From Ammonifex sp. (GTDB lineage: Bacteria > Bacillota > Desulfotomaculia > Desulfotomaculales > Ammonificaceae): 64,000 nucleotides of DNA. Of the stretch, positions 7,803-15,651 are shown one piece after another. The position numbers and the translations under genes are program-made. Numbering within the stretch: position 1 is the first letter of the stretch; the number at the start of each line of letters is the position of its first letter. The stretch covers positions 6,948 through 70,947 of the forward strand of contig QZIW01000066.1 in assembly GCA_003604985.1 (NCBI GenBank), read 5' to 3'. Under the pieces are notes generated by a model. That model ran no database searches and was not told the DNA's origin. It was given only the letters and a program-made list of their open reading frames with translations.

Positions 7803-9277
7803 TAACCTCCACCGCCCTCGCCGCCCCCGCCACCTTCGGCGCCCTGCTCGCCCGACTTAGGCAGTGTTATGTTGGGGGCGGGCGGCGTCCGTTCTTTTGC
7901 CGCCTTTCGAATGCGGTCGATCTCCTCCTGCAGCGCCTTGCCCTCCAGTCCGTCAAGCCGTCTGACGCTGCTCTCCAGGCTGGTATTTTCTGCAGCGAGC
8001 CGGGAAGCCTCGATTTCAGCCTGCTCCATCTGGTCGACCGGCAGGCCGTCCGCCCAGACGATGCGCGGGATAGCAGGCTCGTAATTGCTTTTCCCGAAAG
8101 TCACGTCAAGCACCTGAGCCGCATAGAGGATGTTCTTTAGGCCCTGGTCGAAATACAGCTTCTTCCGGTTGATCTTGGCCAGGGTGCGGATCAGCCGGAA
8201 CTTCAGCGCCCGGCCACTTTCCGCTACGCCGCTTTTATCCAAACCGAACGCCGCCGGGGAGATTTCGGACATTATCATAAGGAGCTCCAGGAACTTGTCG
8301 ATCTCCTTAAATGCCGCTTCGAGCTGGGCGTCCCAGACCAGGTACTTGGGCAGGTCCCCCACCATCGTCTGGTCAACCTCGACCACCTGGAGGAGCTCCT
8401 TTTCTATGTACCACATTTTGCGTTTCTCGTCGTACTTCATCAGGCCGGGCGGCAGAATGAGCTTGGGGTCAGAGTGCTTGTCAAGAATCCGGTCTACCCG
8501 GCTCACCCGGTTATTCAGCCCGTCGAAAAGGCTCTCCAGGTCCTCGTAATCGCTGATGCCCCAAAACATATCGTCAAGCCGCCAGTTGGGGACGTGCTCA
8601 ACCAGCAGCCCGGGGTACTTGGTCTCCTGCTCATCCTTCAGCCCGTCGTATTCGTCCAGCGTCTTCAGCGGCACCTTCATGCGTATTTGGCTGCCGTCAA
8701 GAAGCCAGAGTTCGTTCCGGATCAGGCCGGGTAGATGGATCTCTTTCCGCAGGTACTTTCTGTCATTGACCTCCTTCGTCCAGGCCAGGGTAGCCCCGGT
8801 CATTTCCTGGACGTTGTCGCCGTTCAGGTGAGGAAAGAAGACGTGCGCCGGCACGGACTCGATGATCGCCTGCTCGCCCTCGGACCAGTCCCGGTACTTG
8901 CCGAACCGGGCCTTATAGACGGCATCGCCCCGGTAGCTGCTTGACAGCGCCATTTCATAGTTGACGGTATGCAGGTTGTTGTTGTTGAAGATGTTGTCCA
9001 TGGCCTTCTGTTCCGGGCTGTCCTCGTCGCCCAGGACGGCACGGATCGGCTCCCCGAACAGCAGGTCGGCGCAGATTTTGCTGATCAGCCCGGCAAAGTT
9101 GCAGACGATGTAGATGACGGCCTTATCCGCTTCTTTTTCGAGCCACTGCTGCATCCGGGCGTAAACGTCGTCGTGTTTCCCCATGAACAGCAGCCGGAAT
9201 AAGGCATACTTTTCGATCCGCTGTTTGTGGCCCTCGGGCGGCCAGGTCTCCCATGTCTCCCATGTCAAAAGTATCAC
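7802..9277 (-). CDS. portal protein (SPP1 gp6-like)
   Basis: 491 aa immediately downstream of the large terminase. Acidic, with a Gly-rich C-terminus. Confidence 0.85.
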   Translation of the reverse strand: MILLTWETWETWPPEGHKQRIEKYALFRLLFMGKHDDVYARMQQWLEKEADKAVIYIVCNFAGLISKICADLLFGEPIRAVLGDEDSPEQKAMDNIFNNNNLHTVNYEMALSSSYRGDAVYKARFGKYRDWSEGEQAIIESVPAHVFFPHLNGDNVQEMTGATLAWTKEVNDRKYLRKEIHLPGLIRNELWLLDGSQIRMKVPLKTLDEYDGLKDEQETKYPGLLVEHVPNWRLDDMFWGISDYEDLESLFDGLNNRVSRVDRILDKHSDPKLILPPGLMKYDEKRKMWYIEKELLQVVEVDQTMVGDLPKYLVWDAQLEAAFKEIDKFLELLMIMSEISPAAFGLDKSGVAESGRALKFRLIRTLAKINRKKLYFDQGLKNILYAAQVLDVTFGKSNYEPAIPRIVWADGLPVDQMEQAEIEASRLAAENTSLESSVRRLDGLEGKALQEEIDRIRKAAKERTPPAPNITLPKSGEQGAEGGGGGEGGGG

Positions 9278-10759
9278 CTACCATCCCGCTGGTTTGGCAC
9301 CGGCGGCCCGGGCGACCGTCCCGATGCCGGTGGCTATCTCTATGCCCGCGTAAGAGGCAACGTCTACCTGGTCCTTGTATTGGCCCTTGGGGAACGCGAT
9401 CAGCTCGTCTTCCCACTCGCCCATCCAGGGTGCTCCGAGCCGGAAGTAAACGGTGCCCACTTCGCACCTTGCAGCGAACGGCCGCGCCCGCGAAACCTTG
9501 TCCGTATCGGCTGGCAGCGGCCGGATCGGTAAGCCTTCTTTCTTACAGTCTTGTATGATATTCAGCCCGTAACTTGCTTCCTCAACGCCCTGGAAAGTCG
9601 GGCGCCACCGCTGGTATTGGGCTTTCATAATTTGCTTGTGCTTGGTAGTTTCAGCCCGCTCCCGGAAAACGTCCAAGAGGAGCAGGTCTTTGTCGGGCGT
9701 CACCGCCCAGGTAGCCAGGACGAAATAGCAACTGCTCTCCTTCTCCGTAGCCGCCGGGTCGCAGGTCTGGAATATCCAGCACTTAGACTTTTCAACCAGT
9801 TTCTCGCCTTCCGGGCCGGCCAGGACGTAGTACAAGCCCTCGTCGCGGAAGTACCGGAACCAGGACCGCTTGAACAGCGTACCCTCTTCGGGCGACGGCT
9901 TTTGCCTGTACAGCGAGTTCCACCAGTAGGTGCCGATCGTCCGCTTAATCTGGAGCAATTCCTTTTCACCGAACCGCTCCGGCCAAAGGGCCTCCCCCGG
10001 CTGTCGCCCAAGCGTATCGTCTTCTTCCGCCAGCCCGGGAAGGCTTATGACTTCCCACTGGTCCGCCTCCGGGTCTTCCTTGGCCTGCTTTAGCAGCCGC
10101 CCGGCCAGGTCGTCCTCGTTCCAGCGGGTCATTATGAGTATGATCGCTCCGCCGGGCTCAAGCCGGGTGTAGGCGGTAGACCTGTACCATTCCCACTGGC
10201 CGTCCCGAACGGTCTTGGAGGCAGCGTCTTTGTCGTTCTTCAGCGGGTCGTCGATTATAAACAGGTGGGCGCCCTTACCGGTGACCGGGCCCGCGACACC
10301 CGCCGTGTTCATGCCGCCCTCGTGACCCGCCAGGTCCCATCTTGCGCCCGCCGTGGAATCCCGTCTTAGTCGAACGCCGAAAACCTTGGGACCATATTCT
10401 TCAAGGATGTCCCTTGCCTTGCGGCCCCAGGAAGCCGCGAAGTCCGCCTCGTAACTGGTTAGCAACACCCGCCGGTCTGGGAACGTGCCGAGATACCAGG
10501 CGGCAAAATACTGGCTGGTCAGTTGGCTCTTGCCGTGCCGCGGGGGCATCAGGATCATTAAGCGCTTGATATGGCCCGCCGCCACCGCCAGCAGTTTTTC
10601 GTTAAGATAACTAAGGTGCGGGGCTAATCGCCACTTCTTACCGCTCGCTACCCACGCCAGGCCCGCCGGTGCCAGCGCTGCCAGGAATGATTCGTCCGAG
10701 CAGCTGGCCAGCAAGTCGTCGGGCTTCTGGGTCGGACAGAATGCGTTTTGCAAGTTCAT
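9278..10759 (-). CDS. terminase large subunit
   Basis: 493 aa. Walker A MPPRHGKS, Walker B-like HLFIIDDP, and a nuclease half with a MTRWNEDD-type motif. Confidence 0.9.
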   Translation of the reverse strand: MNLQNAFCPTQKPDDLLASCSDESFLAALAPAGLAWVASGKKWRLAPHLSYLNEKLLAVAAGHIKRLMILMPPRHGKSQLTSQYFAAWYLGTFPDRRVLLTSYEADFAASWGRKARDILEEYGPKVFGVRLRRDSTAGARWDLAGHEGGMNTAGVAGPVTGKGAHLFIIDDPLKNDKDAASKTVRDGQWEWYRSTAYTRLEPGGAIILIMTRWNEDDLAGRLLKQAKEDPEADQWEVISLPGLAEEDDTLGRQPGEALWPERFGEKELLQIKRTIGTYWWNSLYRQKPSPEEGTLFKRSWFRYFRDEGLYYVLAGPEGEKLVEKSKCWIFQTCDPAATEKESSCYFVLATWAVTPDKDLLLLDVFRERAETTKHKQIMKAQYQRWRPTFQGVEEASYGLNIIQDCKKEGLPIRPLPADTDKVSRARPFAARCEVGTVYFRLGAPWMGEWEDELIAFPKGQYKDQVDVASYAGIEIATGIGTVARAAGAKPAGW

Positions 10760-11207
10760 TATTGTCCCGCCTGTTATCTTCTTGCCTCACATTCTCGGTA
10801 GGCTCACCCCTGCTTAGTCGCTCGACCTTGACCGCCACGTCGAACCACCTGGCCAGATCGGCCGGCGACAAGTCTTCTGGATTTATCGTCCGTAAGCGCT
10901 CCACGAGTTTCTGCTGGAACAGCATGGCCTGGTTCGCATGCCGTTCGGCCATTGCTTTTACCCGCTTCTCGTTTTCGCGCCGGGCCCCCTGGTCCAGGTG
11001 GTCGTCCCAGGCTTCAACCCGCAAGACCCATTGCCAGCGAGAACTCCAGCGCTGGAGCAAAACCTTGTGTTTGCCTAACTGCTGGGATACTTTCGATAAA
11101 CTCCTGTCAGCACCCATGTCCCGGTAAATGCAAAAAGCCTCAAAGGCTTTCTGTGTCTCGCCTTTCTGTCGTTCCCAGGGCTGTCGGTCGTCCTTGCCCA
11201 ACCTCAT
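10638..11207 (-). CDS. terminase small subunit (HTH-type)
   Basis: 189 aa upstream of terminase large. N-terminal ...AFEAFCIYRDMGADRSLSKVSQQLG... is HTH-like. Overlaps the large terminase gene by 122 nt. Confidence 0.65.
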   Translation of the reverse strand: MRLGKDDRQPWERQKGETQKAFEAFCIYRDMGADRSLSKVSQQLGKHKVLLQRWSSRWQWVLRVEAWDDHLDQGARRENEKRVKAMAERHANQAMLFQQKLVERLRTINPEDLSPADLARWFDVAVKVERLSRGEPTENVRQEDNRRDNNELAKRILSDPEARRLAGQLLGRIIPGSAGTGGPGVGSER

Positions 11208-12130
11208 TCACCACCTAAATAATCGGCGGCCCAGTATTCTATGGCCTGCCAGAGGTTCTTTTTGCCCACATGGCCGTCTTCCTGCATCTGCTTGACGGCC
11301 CGCCTAACCACTTCGGCTGCCTCTTTAGGCATGGTGCCGCTGCCAAATATACTGGAGAGCGCAACCCAGGGCTCGTCATCCTCCCGTATGCCCACCTCCG
11401 CCACTATTTCCAGGGCCGTCCGCGCCATTACGGCGACCGCCGTGCCCGCAGACCGGATGTCCATAAATCGGGAGAACTTGATCACTGCGTCCGCAAACGC
11501 CTTAAACAACTCTATCGGCGCGACGGAGACCAGGTCTTGCCTGCCCTCTAAGCTGTTGATTAGCGCCTTCATGTCGTCCAGTTGGTGAGGAAGAAACACA
11601 AACGATACAGTCTTCCAGTCAAAGTCGACCTTCGGCGCTATAAGGGTGTCCAAGACGGCCTCCGGTTCGGTCAATATATCCTTGGGTAGATGGGCCTCCA
11701 GCATGTCGTCGACATCCGTTATAATTTGCGCTATTTGCCGGATGATGTTTTGGTCGTCGAACCCGCTGATGCTGTTATGTGCGAGCTGTTTAGCCGCTAT
11801 CTGCGAACGGCTCAGCCCCGACTCGTCCAGGAGCACGGTTATTTCCTTCAACCCCGCCTCCCTGGCCGCCCTGCTCCGGTGGTGGCCCGAGATTATTTCC
11901 ACCCTCCCGTTGACCAGGGCGCAGAAGGGCAGGCTTTCCAGGGAGCCACGCTTTTTCACGTTGGCGACCAGTTGTTTGAACATGGCCGGGTTCATGGTCC
12001 GAGCGTTGACATCTTGCTCCCGCAGGTTATCCAGGACAACTCTGGCTATGCTCAGTCCCTGGCCCAGTTCGATTATTTTTTCATAGACTTGGCCCTCGCC
12101 TTCCTCCACTGGGCTTCCTTCCTGAGCCAT
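11204..12130 (-). CDS. ParB-like nuclease domain protein
   Basis: 308 aa with ...VEIISGHHRSRAAREAGL..., a ParB/Srx N-terminal domain motif. Translationally coupled to the neighbouring genes. Confidence 0.75.
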   Translation of the reverse strand: MAQEGSPVEEGEGQVYEKIIELGQGLSIARVVLDNLREQDVNARTMNPAMFKQLVANVKKRGSLESLPFCALVNGRVEIISGHHRSRAAREAGLKEITVLLDESGLSRSQIAAKQLAHNSISGFDDQNIIRQIAQIITDVDDMLEAHLPKDILTEPEAVLDTLIAPKVDFDWKTVSFVFLPHQLDDMKALINSLEGRQDLVSVAPIELFKAFADAVIKFSRFMDIRSAGTAVAVMARTALEIVAEVGIREDDEPWVALSSIFGSGTMPKEAAEVVRRAVKQMQEDGHVGKKNLWQAIEYWAADYLGGE

Positions 12131-13506
12131 TCGGTTAATACCCCCTGTAGACTGTTGTCGTTCAAAGGCGCCTCGTATGTCAGGCGGTACCCCATCTTGG
12201 AATCCTTTGCCCGCCGCACGAGCTTCATAATGCCGCGTTCTTCTTTGCTTTCCGGTTTCGAAGTCAGCATGGCCGTGACCACGCTCTCGACTTTCTCGTA
12301 TTCCAGCGGAGAAAGCACCGGCTTGATCACCGCGCGGGTCAAGGCCGCCATTGACAGGAGCCGGCCCATGCGGAGCGTGTTATGGGGCGTCGTAACGCCG
12401 TAGGTCAGCAGCAGCGCCGTGCGCTCCTCCTGCCCGAACCTCCCGATGTTGAGCCAGCCTGGATCGTATCCGAACACGCCCGCCAGGTACCCGTCCACTT
12501 TTAAGGCCAAGTTGATCGGCGCCGATTTCCCGGCGAAGTTGTGCGTCCAAATAGACCGGTAGTACAGGGCGTTTGCCCTGGTGATGCTTTCCACCTCAAC
12601 GCGCGACCTCTCGGTAATAGCGTGATCCGCCGGCATCGGTGGCCCCTTGAGGGGCTCCATGGCGACCGGGCCTGGGCGGACGATTTTCTTTCCCCGCGCG
12701 AGAGCCTCTACCTCATCCGGCCTGTTTGTTGTAAGGTAGACATTTATGTTTTGGCGCACGCCGAAACGTGCGAATACGGGAGCGCCTGCGGTCTTACCCG
12801 GTTCGTTTTCCTCGTAGCAGATTACCAGGGCCTTTGCGTCCTTTGCCCACTGGCACATTAGTTTTACAAGGCCCGTTTCCGGGTCGAAGATTTCATATGG
12901 CGGTTCCTTCCACCGCATCCTTCCGCCGGTGTCGTACCACTTCTCAAAACCCGCCGTGTATGTGGGCGGGTTGATGCAGACAAGGGCCTCCGGGTCGGAC
13001 AGGACCTCCGTCAGGTGAGCCCACATGCAGAGCGGGCGGTACCTCATTCCTGAAAGCAGTTCCTTCGCCCGCTGTAGCTGCTTTCGGATTACGCCCACAT
13101 GGTGCTCTTGTCTTTTGTGCAGGTCGTGCAGCAACTCGGCGAAATATGTCTTGCCTGCCTTGGTAGCGGTTCTCAGGACCAGGTGCGTCCACAGGGCCAC
13201 GGCCGGGTCGGTCAAGTCCTCCCCCTCGTAGCCATCCGCCTCTAAGCGCAGCCCCGCCAGGTCCTGTCCCGTGATTGCGTAGCCCATTATCGAACTGAAC
13301 ATCGACACGTCGCTGGTGTCGATTTGGTCCGCTGGCCACCCGACAGACTGTGCTAAGTGAGCCATGGCGAAAGCCCCGGCGCATGGTTCTATAAACCGCG
13401 TGTAGCCCTGTCTCAAAGCGTTCTCGATAACCGCTTTCAAGAACGCCTGCTCTTTGGCAACCAGCGTGCCCAGGAAGAAAGAGCCTGGGTTCTGGAAACG
13501 TGCCAT
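12073..13506 (-). CDS. N6-adenine DNA methyltransferase (Dam-like N-terminal half) fused to an uncharacterised C-terminal domain of about 200 aa
   Basis: 477 aa. SAM motif FIEPCAGAF and catalytic INPPTY (an NPPY variant). I could not assign the C-terminal half. Confidence 0.7.
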   Translation of the reverse strand: MARFQNPGSFFLGTLVAKEQAFLKAVIENALRQGYTRFIEPCAGAFAMAHLAQSVGWPADQIDTSDVSMFSSIMGYAITGQDLAGLRLEADGYEGEDLTDPAVALWTHLVLRTATKAGKTYFAELLHDLHKRQEHHVGVIRKQLQRAKELLSGMRYRPLCMWAHLTEVLSDPEALVCINPPTYTAGFEKWYDTGGRMRWKEPPYEIFDPETGLVKLMCQWAKDAKALVICYEENEPGKTAGAPVFARFGVRQNINVYLTTNRPDEVEALARGKKIVRPGPVAMEPLKGPPMPADHAITERSRVEVESITRANALYYRSIWTHNFAGKSAPINLALKVDGYLAGVFGYDPGWLNIGRFGQEERTALLLTYGVTTPHNTLRMGRLLSMAALTRAVIKPVLSPLEYEKVESVVTAMLTSKPESKEERGIMKLVRRAKDSKMGYRLTYEAPLNDNSLQGVLTEWLRKEAQWRKARAKSMKK

Positions 13507-13563
13507 GAGATACCTCCAAACAAAAACAGATGCCCCCGCCGCGAGGCGAGGGCTTTTGTTTTC

Positions 13564-13639
13564 TGGGCCGCCGGGAGGGACTCGAACCCTCCATGCCCCG
13601 TGTAAAGAGCACGGTGCTCTACCGTTGAGCTACGGGCGG
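13564..13639 (-). tRNA. phage-encoded tRNA-like gene, formally anticodon CUU (Lys), atypical
   Basis: Hand fold of 76 nt. Acceptor CCGCCCG/CCGGCGG with one C-C mismatch. D arm GCTC-AACGGTA-GAGC. Anticodon arm CCGTG-CTCTTTA-CACGG. 6-nt variable loop. T arm GAGGG-TTCGAGT-CCCTC. Discriminator C and an encoded CCA. Confidence 0.7.
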
Positions 13640-13658
13640 ACGGTTTTGGTCGTTCGAT

Positions 13659-14099
13659 TTAGAAGAGGCTGAATGTCAACTGGGTAACCGTTTTACTTCC
13701 TTTGTCGGGTGGATAAAGCAGGTCCAGCTCCTCCACTTTTTCCCCTGTTTTAGACCCCCACCACTCCGCAAACACGAGCCTGTGACACCATTCCCGCGGC
13801 TTGCTCACGTCCTCGTAGCAGAGCAGAACCAGGTCCCTTCCGCCGTGCTCCCGGCTGATTCGCTCCAACTGGCGCCGGATTTTTTCGACCCCAATCCGAT
13901 CCAGCTTCGCATAAAACTTTGGCGTAAACGCCGCCCGGTCATTTATTTGGAACATCCATCCGTCCGGGGCCAGTTCCCTGACGTATTCAACCACTTGGTA
14001 CGGCAACGGAAACTTCGGAACGCCCAAAGTGATACCTACCGGCACGAGACCGCTGTCGGCTATTTGCTTGTGTTTATACCGGCCGGTATACAACTTCAC
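13659..14099 (-). CDS. DUF488-family protein
   Basis: 146 aa from a GTG start behind GGGGGGTG. ...DLVLLCYEDVSKPREWCHRLVFAEWW... matches the DUF488 signature. Confidence 0.7.
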   Translation of the reverse strand: MKLYTGRYKHKQIADSGLVPVGITLGVPKFPLPYQVVEYVRELAPDGWMFQINDRAAFTPKFYAKLDRIGVEKIRRQLERISREHGGRDLVLLCYEDVSKPREWCHRLVFAEWWGSKTGEKVEELDLLYPPDKGSKTVTQLTFSLF

Positions 14100-14156
14100 C
14101 TAAACACCCCCCAAAAAACCCATCCTTCAATCTTAGTCTATACCATAATTTAGGGG

Positions 14157-14176
14157 TATGCAAGTGTTTTTGCATA
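14157..14176. promoter_or_regulatory. 7-bp inverted repeat TATGCAA-N6-TTGCATA in the gap upstream of the DUF488/tRNA/packaging genes
   Basis: Read directly. On the minus strand its TTGCAT half could double as a -35 element. Confidence 0.35.
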
Positions 14177-14243
14177 AATAATTCCGTTTTTGATGGATAT
14201 GGGCGTTCGCCCTAATGCTCGCGTGAGCTTGCTGCCTTTCCCT

Positions 14244-14486
14244 CTACATTGCCACCTGCGCCCTGGCCGGGATCTCCGCTACCGGCCGTATCAGGTAGAC
14301 CCTGCCGGTGGCCCGGTTTGTGAGCGACGCCGTAACCCGCTTTTGCGCGGCCACGTTGTTTGCCCACCGCCTGGCCCTTATCACGCAGGCGTATGTTCGC
14401 GTCCTAACCCCCGGCGCCCTCACCGTGTACTTCCGTTTCGGGTACCGCCGTTTCCGGGTGAGCGGTGTCACCTGGTCGAACAACAA
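14244..14486 (-). CDS. hypothetical highly basic protein
   Basis: 80-aa ORF (KRRYPKRKYTVRAPG...). It is the last ORF before the packaging block. Overlaps the upstream ORF by 19 nt and has no clear RBS. Confidence 0.3.
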   Translation of the reverse strand: MLFDQVTPLTRKRRYPKRKYTVRAPGVRTRTYACVIRARRWANNVAAQKRVTASLTNRATGRVYLIRPVAEIPARAQVAM

Positions 14487-14656
14487 GACTGTCCCTCCCC
14501 TTGGGTTTTCTGCCCCGCCGCGGCTTTGGAGCCGTAAAAAATATTAGTCGTCCACATGCCACACCCGGGGCAGTTGAGGAATAGCTTGTCGGCTTCCGGT
14601 CCGGCGGTTTCCCACTTGTGGGCGCACCAGATGCAGCGTCGTTTGTACGACGGCAT
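14468..14656 (-). CDS. small zinc-ribbon protein
   Basis: 62 aa. Strong RBS AAGGAGGAGG before the ATG. CIWC...CPGC pattern. Confidence 0.45.
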   Translation of the reverse strand: MPSYKRRCIWCAHKWETAGPEADKLFLNCPGCGMWTTNIFYGSKAAAGQKTQGEGQSCCSTR

Positions 14657-14812
14657 TCGGCCTCCTCCTTCGCCAGATACTCCTTATACTTCACGCAATG
14701 CAGGTTGCACGCCAGTTTGCACTTCTCCCGCCTCTCGCATAACCAACAACATCGGTACTTCAGCTCCCGGCAGTCATACCGGCAAAAATTCGCCGGTCCT
14801 TTTTTGGCCATC

Positions 14813-15073
14813 TTAACCGGCCCCGCCTTCCCCGCCTTCGTGGTTATGGTCCGGAGGGACCTCGTGGGCGTTCCATGCCGGGCCACAGAGCTTGACTCCA
14901 TTGTCCCATTTGGCTACGGCGTATTCGGAAAACGGCTCTCCATGCCCTCCGTTCCACCCCTCAAAGACGGCATCGAAAAGGACCTCGCAGGTTGCGGCGT
15001 GGACGTGGACGCGGTACCGCTTGCCCTGTTCGAGCTTCCATCTGACTACCGGCATGCCCAGGTGTACCAGCAT
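14813..15073 (-). CDS. hypothetical protein, first ORF downstream of the late leader terminator
   Basis: ATG 15073 preceded by GAGGTGA. 86 aa: MLVHLGMPVVRWKLEQGKRYRVHVHAATCEVLFD.... The track ORF extends to 15148, into the terminator. Confidence 0.5.
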   Translation of the reverse strand: MLVHLGMPVVRWKLEQGKRYRVHVHAATCEVLFDAVFEGWNGGHGEPFSEYAVAKWDNGVKLCGPAWNAHEVPPDHNHEGGEGGAG

Positions 15074-15103
15074 CAACCCGATCACCTCAGCCCCGCCTTC
15101 CGC

Positions 15104-15138
15104 AAAAAAAAATAGCCCCCGGGGTTTTAGCCCGGGGG
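15104..15138 (-). terminator. strong rho-independent terminator
   Basis: Minus-strand RNA CCCCCGGG-CUAAAACC-CCCGGGGG, an 8-bp all-GC stem, followed by CUAUUUUUUUUU. Confidence 0.8.
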
Positions 15139-15326
15139 TTGCACGCACTTACTTTTTTGGTGGGCGTCGGCTCTGGGACGGCTGGAGTCCCCCGGCGCCC
15201 TATTAAATGCCGACTTGCGGCTTTTAATCCTGGGACGCGGGGCAGGGTTTTGGTGCGCCCCGCCCCGCGTCCAGCCAGCAACGCTTCTCCTGCGGGGAGG
15301 AAGGAGTGGTACCCTTATCCAATACG

Positions 15327-15347
15327 GTATTCCCAAAATGGGAATAC
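15327..15347. promoter_or_regulatory. perfect inverted repeat GTATTCCCA-N3-TGGGAATAC just downstream of the promoter (operator or first leader hairpin)
   Basis: Read directly. 9-bp arms. Confidence 0.5.
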
Positions 15348-15358
15348 GATACGCCACT

Positions 15359-15390
15359 ATAATACTTTAGGTCTCTGGAGATTGTCAACA
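15359..15390 (-). promoter_or_regulatory. near-consensus sigma-A promoter pointing at the late region
   Basis: Minus strand reads TGTTGACA, 18-nt spacer, TATTAT. Lies immediately after the stop of the 15394 gene. Confidence 0.6.
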
Positions 15391-15393
15391 TGT

Positions 15394-15651
15394 TTAAATT
15401 AATTCATACGGACGCCGCTTGGGACGCGGTTTCCGGCGCTTTCTTCCCGCGCGTTTTGAGCCACCTCGTTTGCCTCTCTTGCGGTCTCCCTGCCAGACGA
15501 ACCGGATATGGCTGTCTTTGATCCCTTTGACATGGGGCTCGTCCTCGTCCGGGATGTTGGGCCACCACTCGCCGCAGCCGCCGGGGCACCTGTAAAAGTC
15601 ATGCTCCTGCCACTCCAGCCGCTTCATGCAGATCGGGCAGTGCAGCTCCAT
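15394..15651 (-). CDS. Zn-ribbon protein with arginine/lysine-rich C-terminal tail
   Basis: ATG 15651 behind CAGGAGA. MELHCPICMKRLEWQEHDFYRCPGGCGEWW... and tail RKRGKRGGSKRAGRKRRKPRPKRRP. Confidence 0.6.
   Translation of the reverse strand: MELHCPICMKRLEWQEHDFYRCPGGCGEWWPNIPDEDEPHVKGIKDSHIRFVWQGDRKRGKRGGSKRAGRKRRKPRPKRRPYELI

Noticed and set aside
12944-13612. 222-aa minus-strand ORF overlapping the methyltransferase gene and the tRNA
   Set aside because: It is in an alternative frame of a gene with clear methyltransferase motifs, and it runs through the tRNA. Arg/Gly-rich junk.
15139-15402. Short ORFs of 64-87 aa on both strands inside the late leader
   Set aside because: They are Arg/Pro/Gly-rich, lack an RBS and overlap the terminator and hairpins. 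The region is better explained as a non-coding structured leader.
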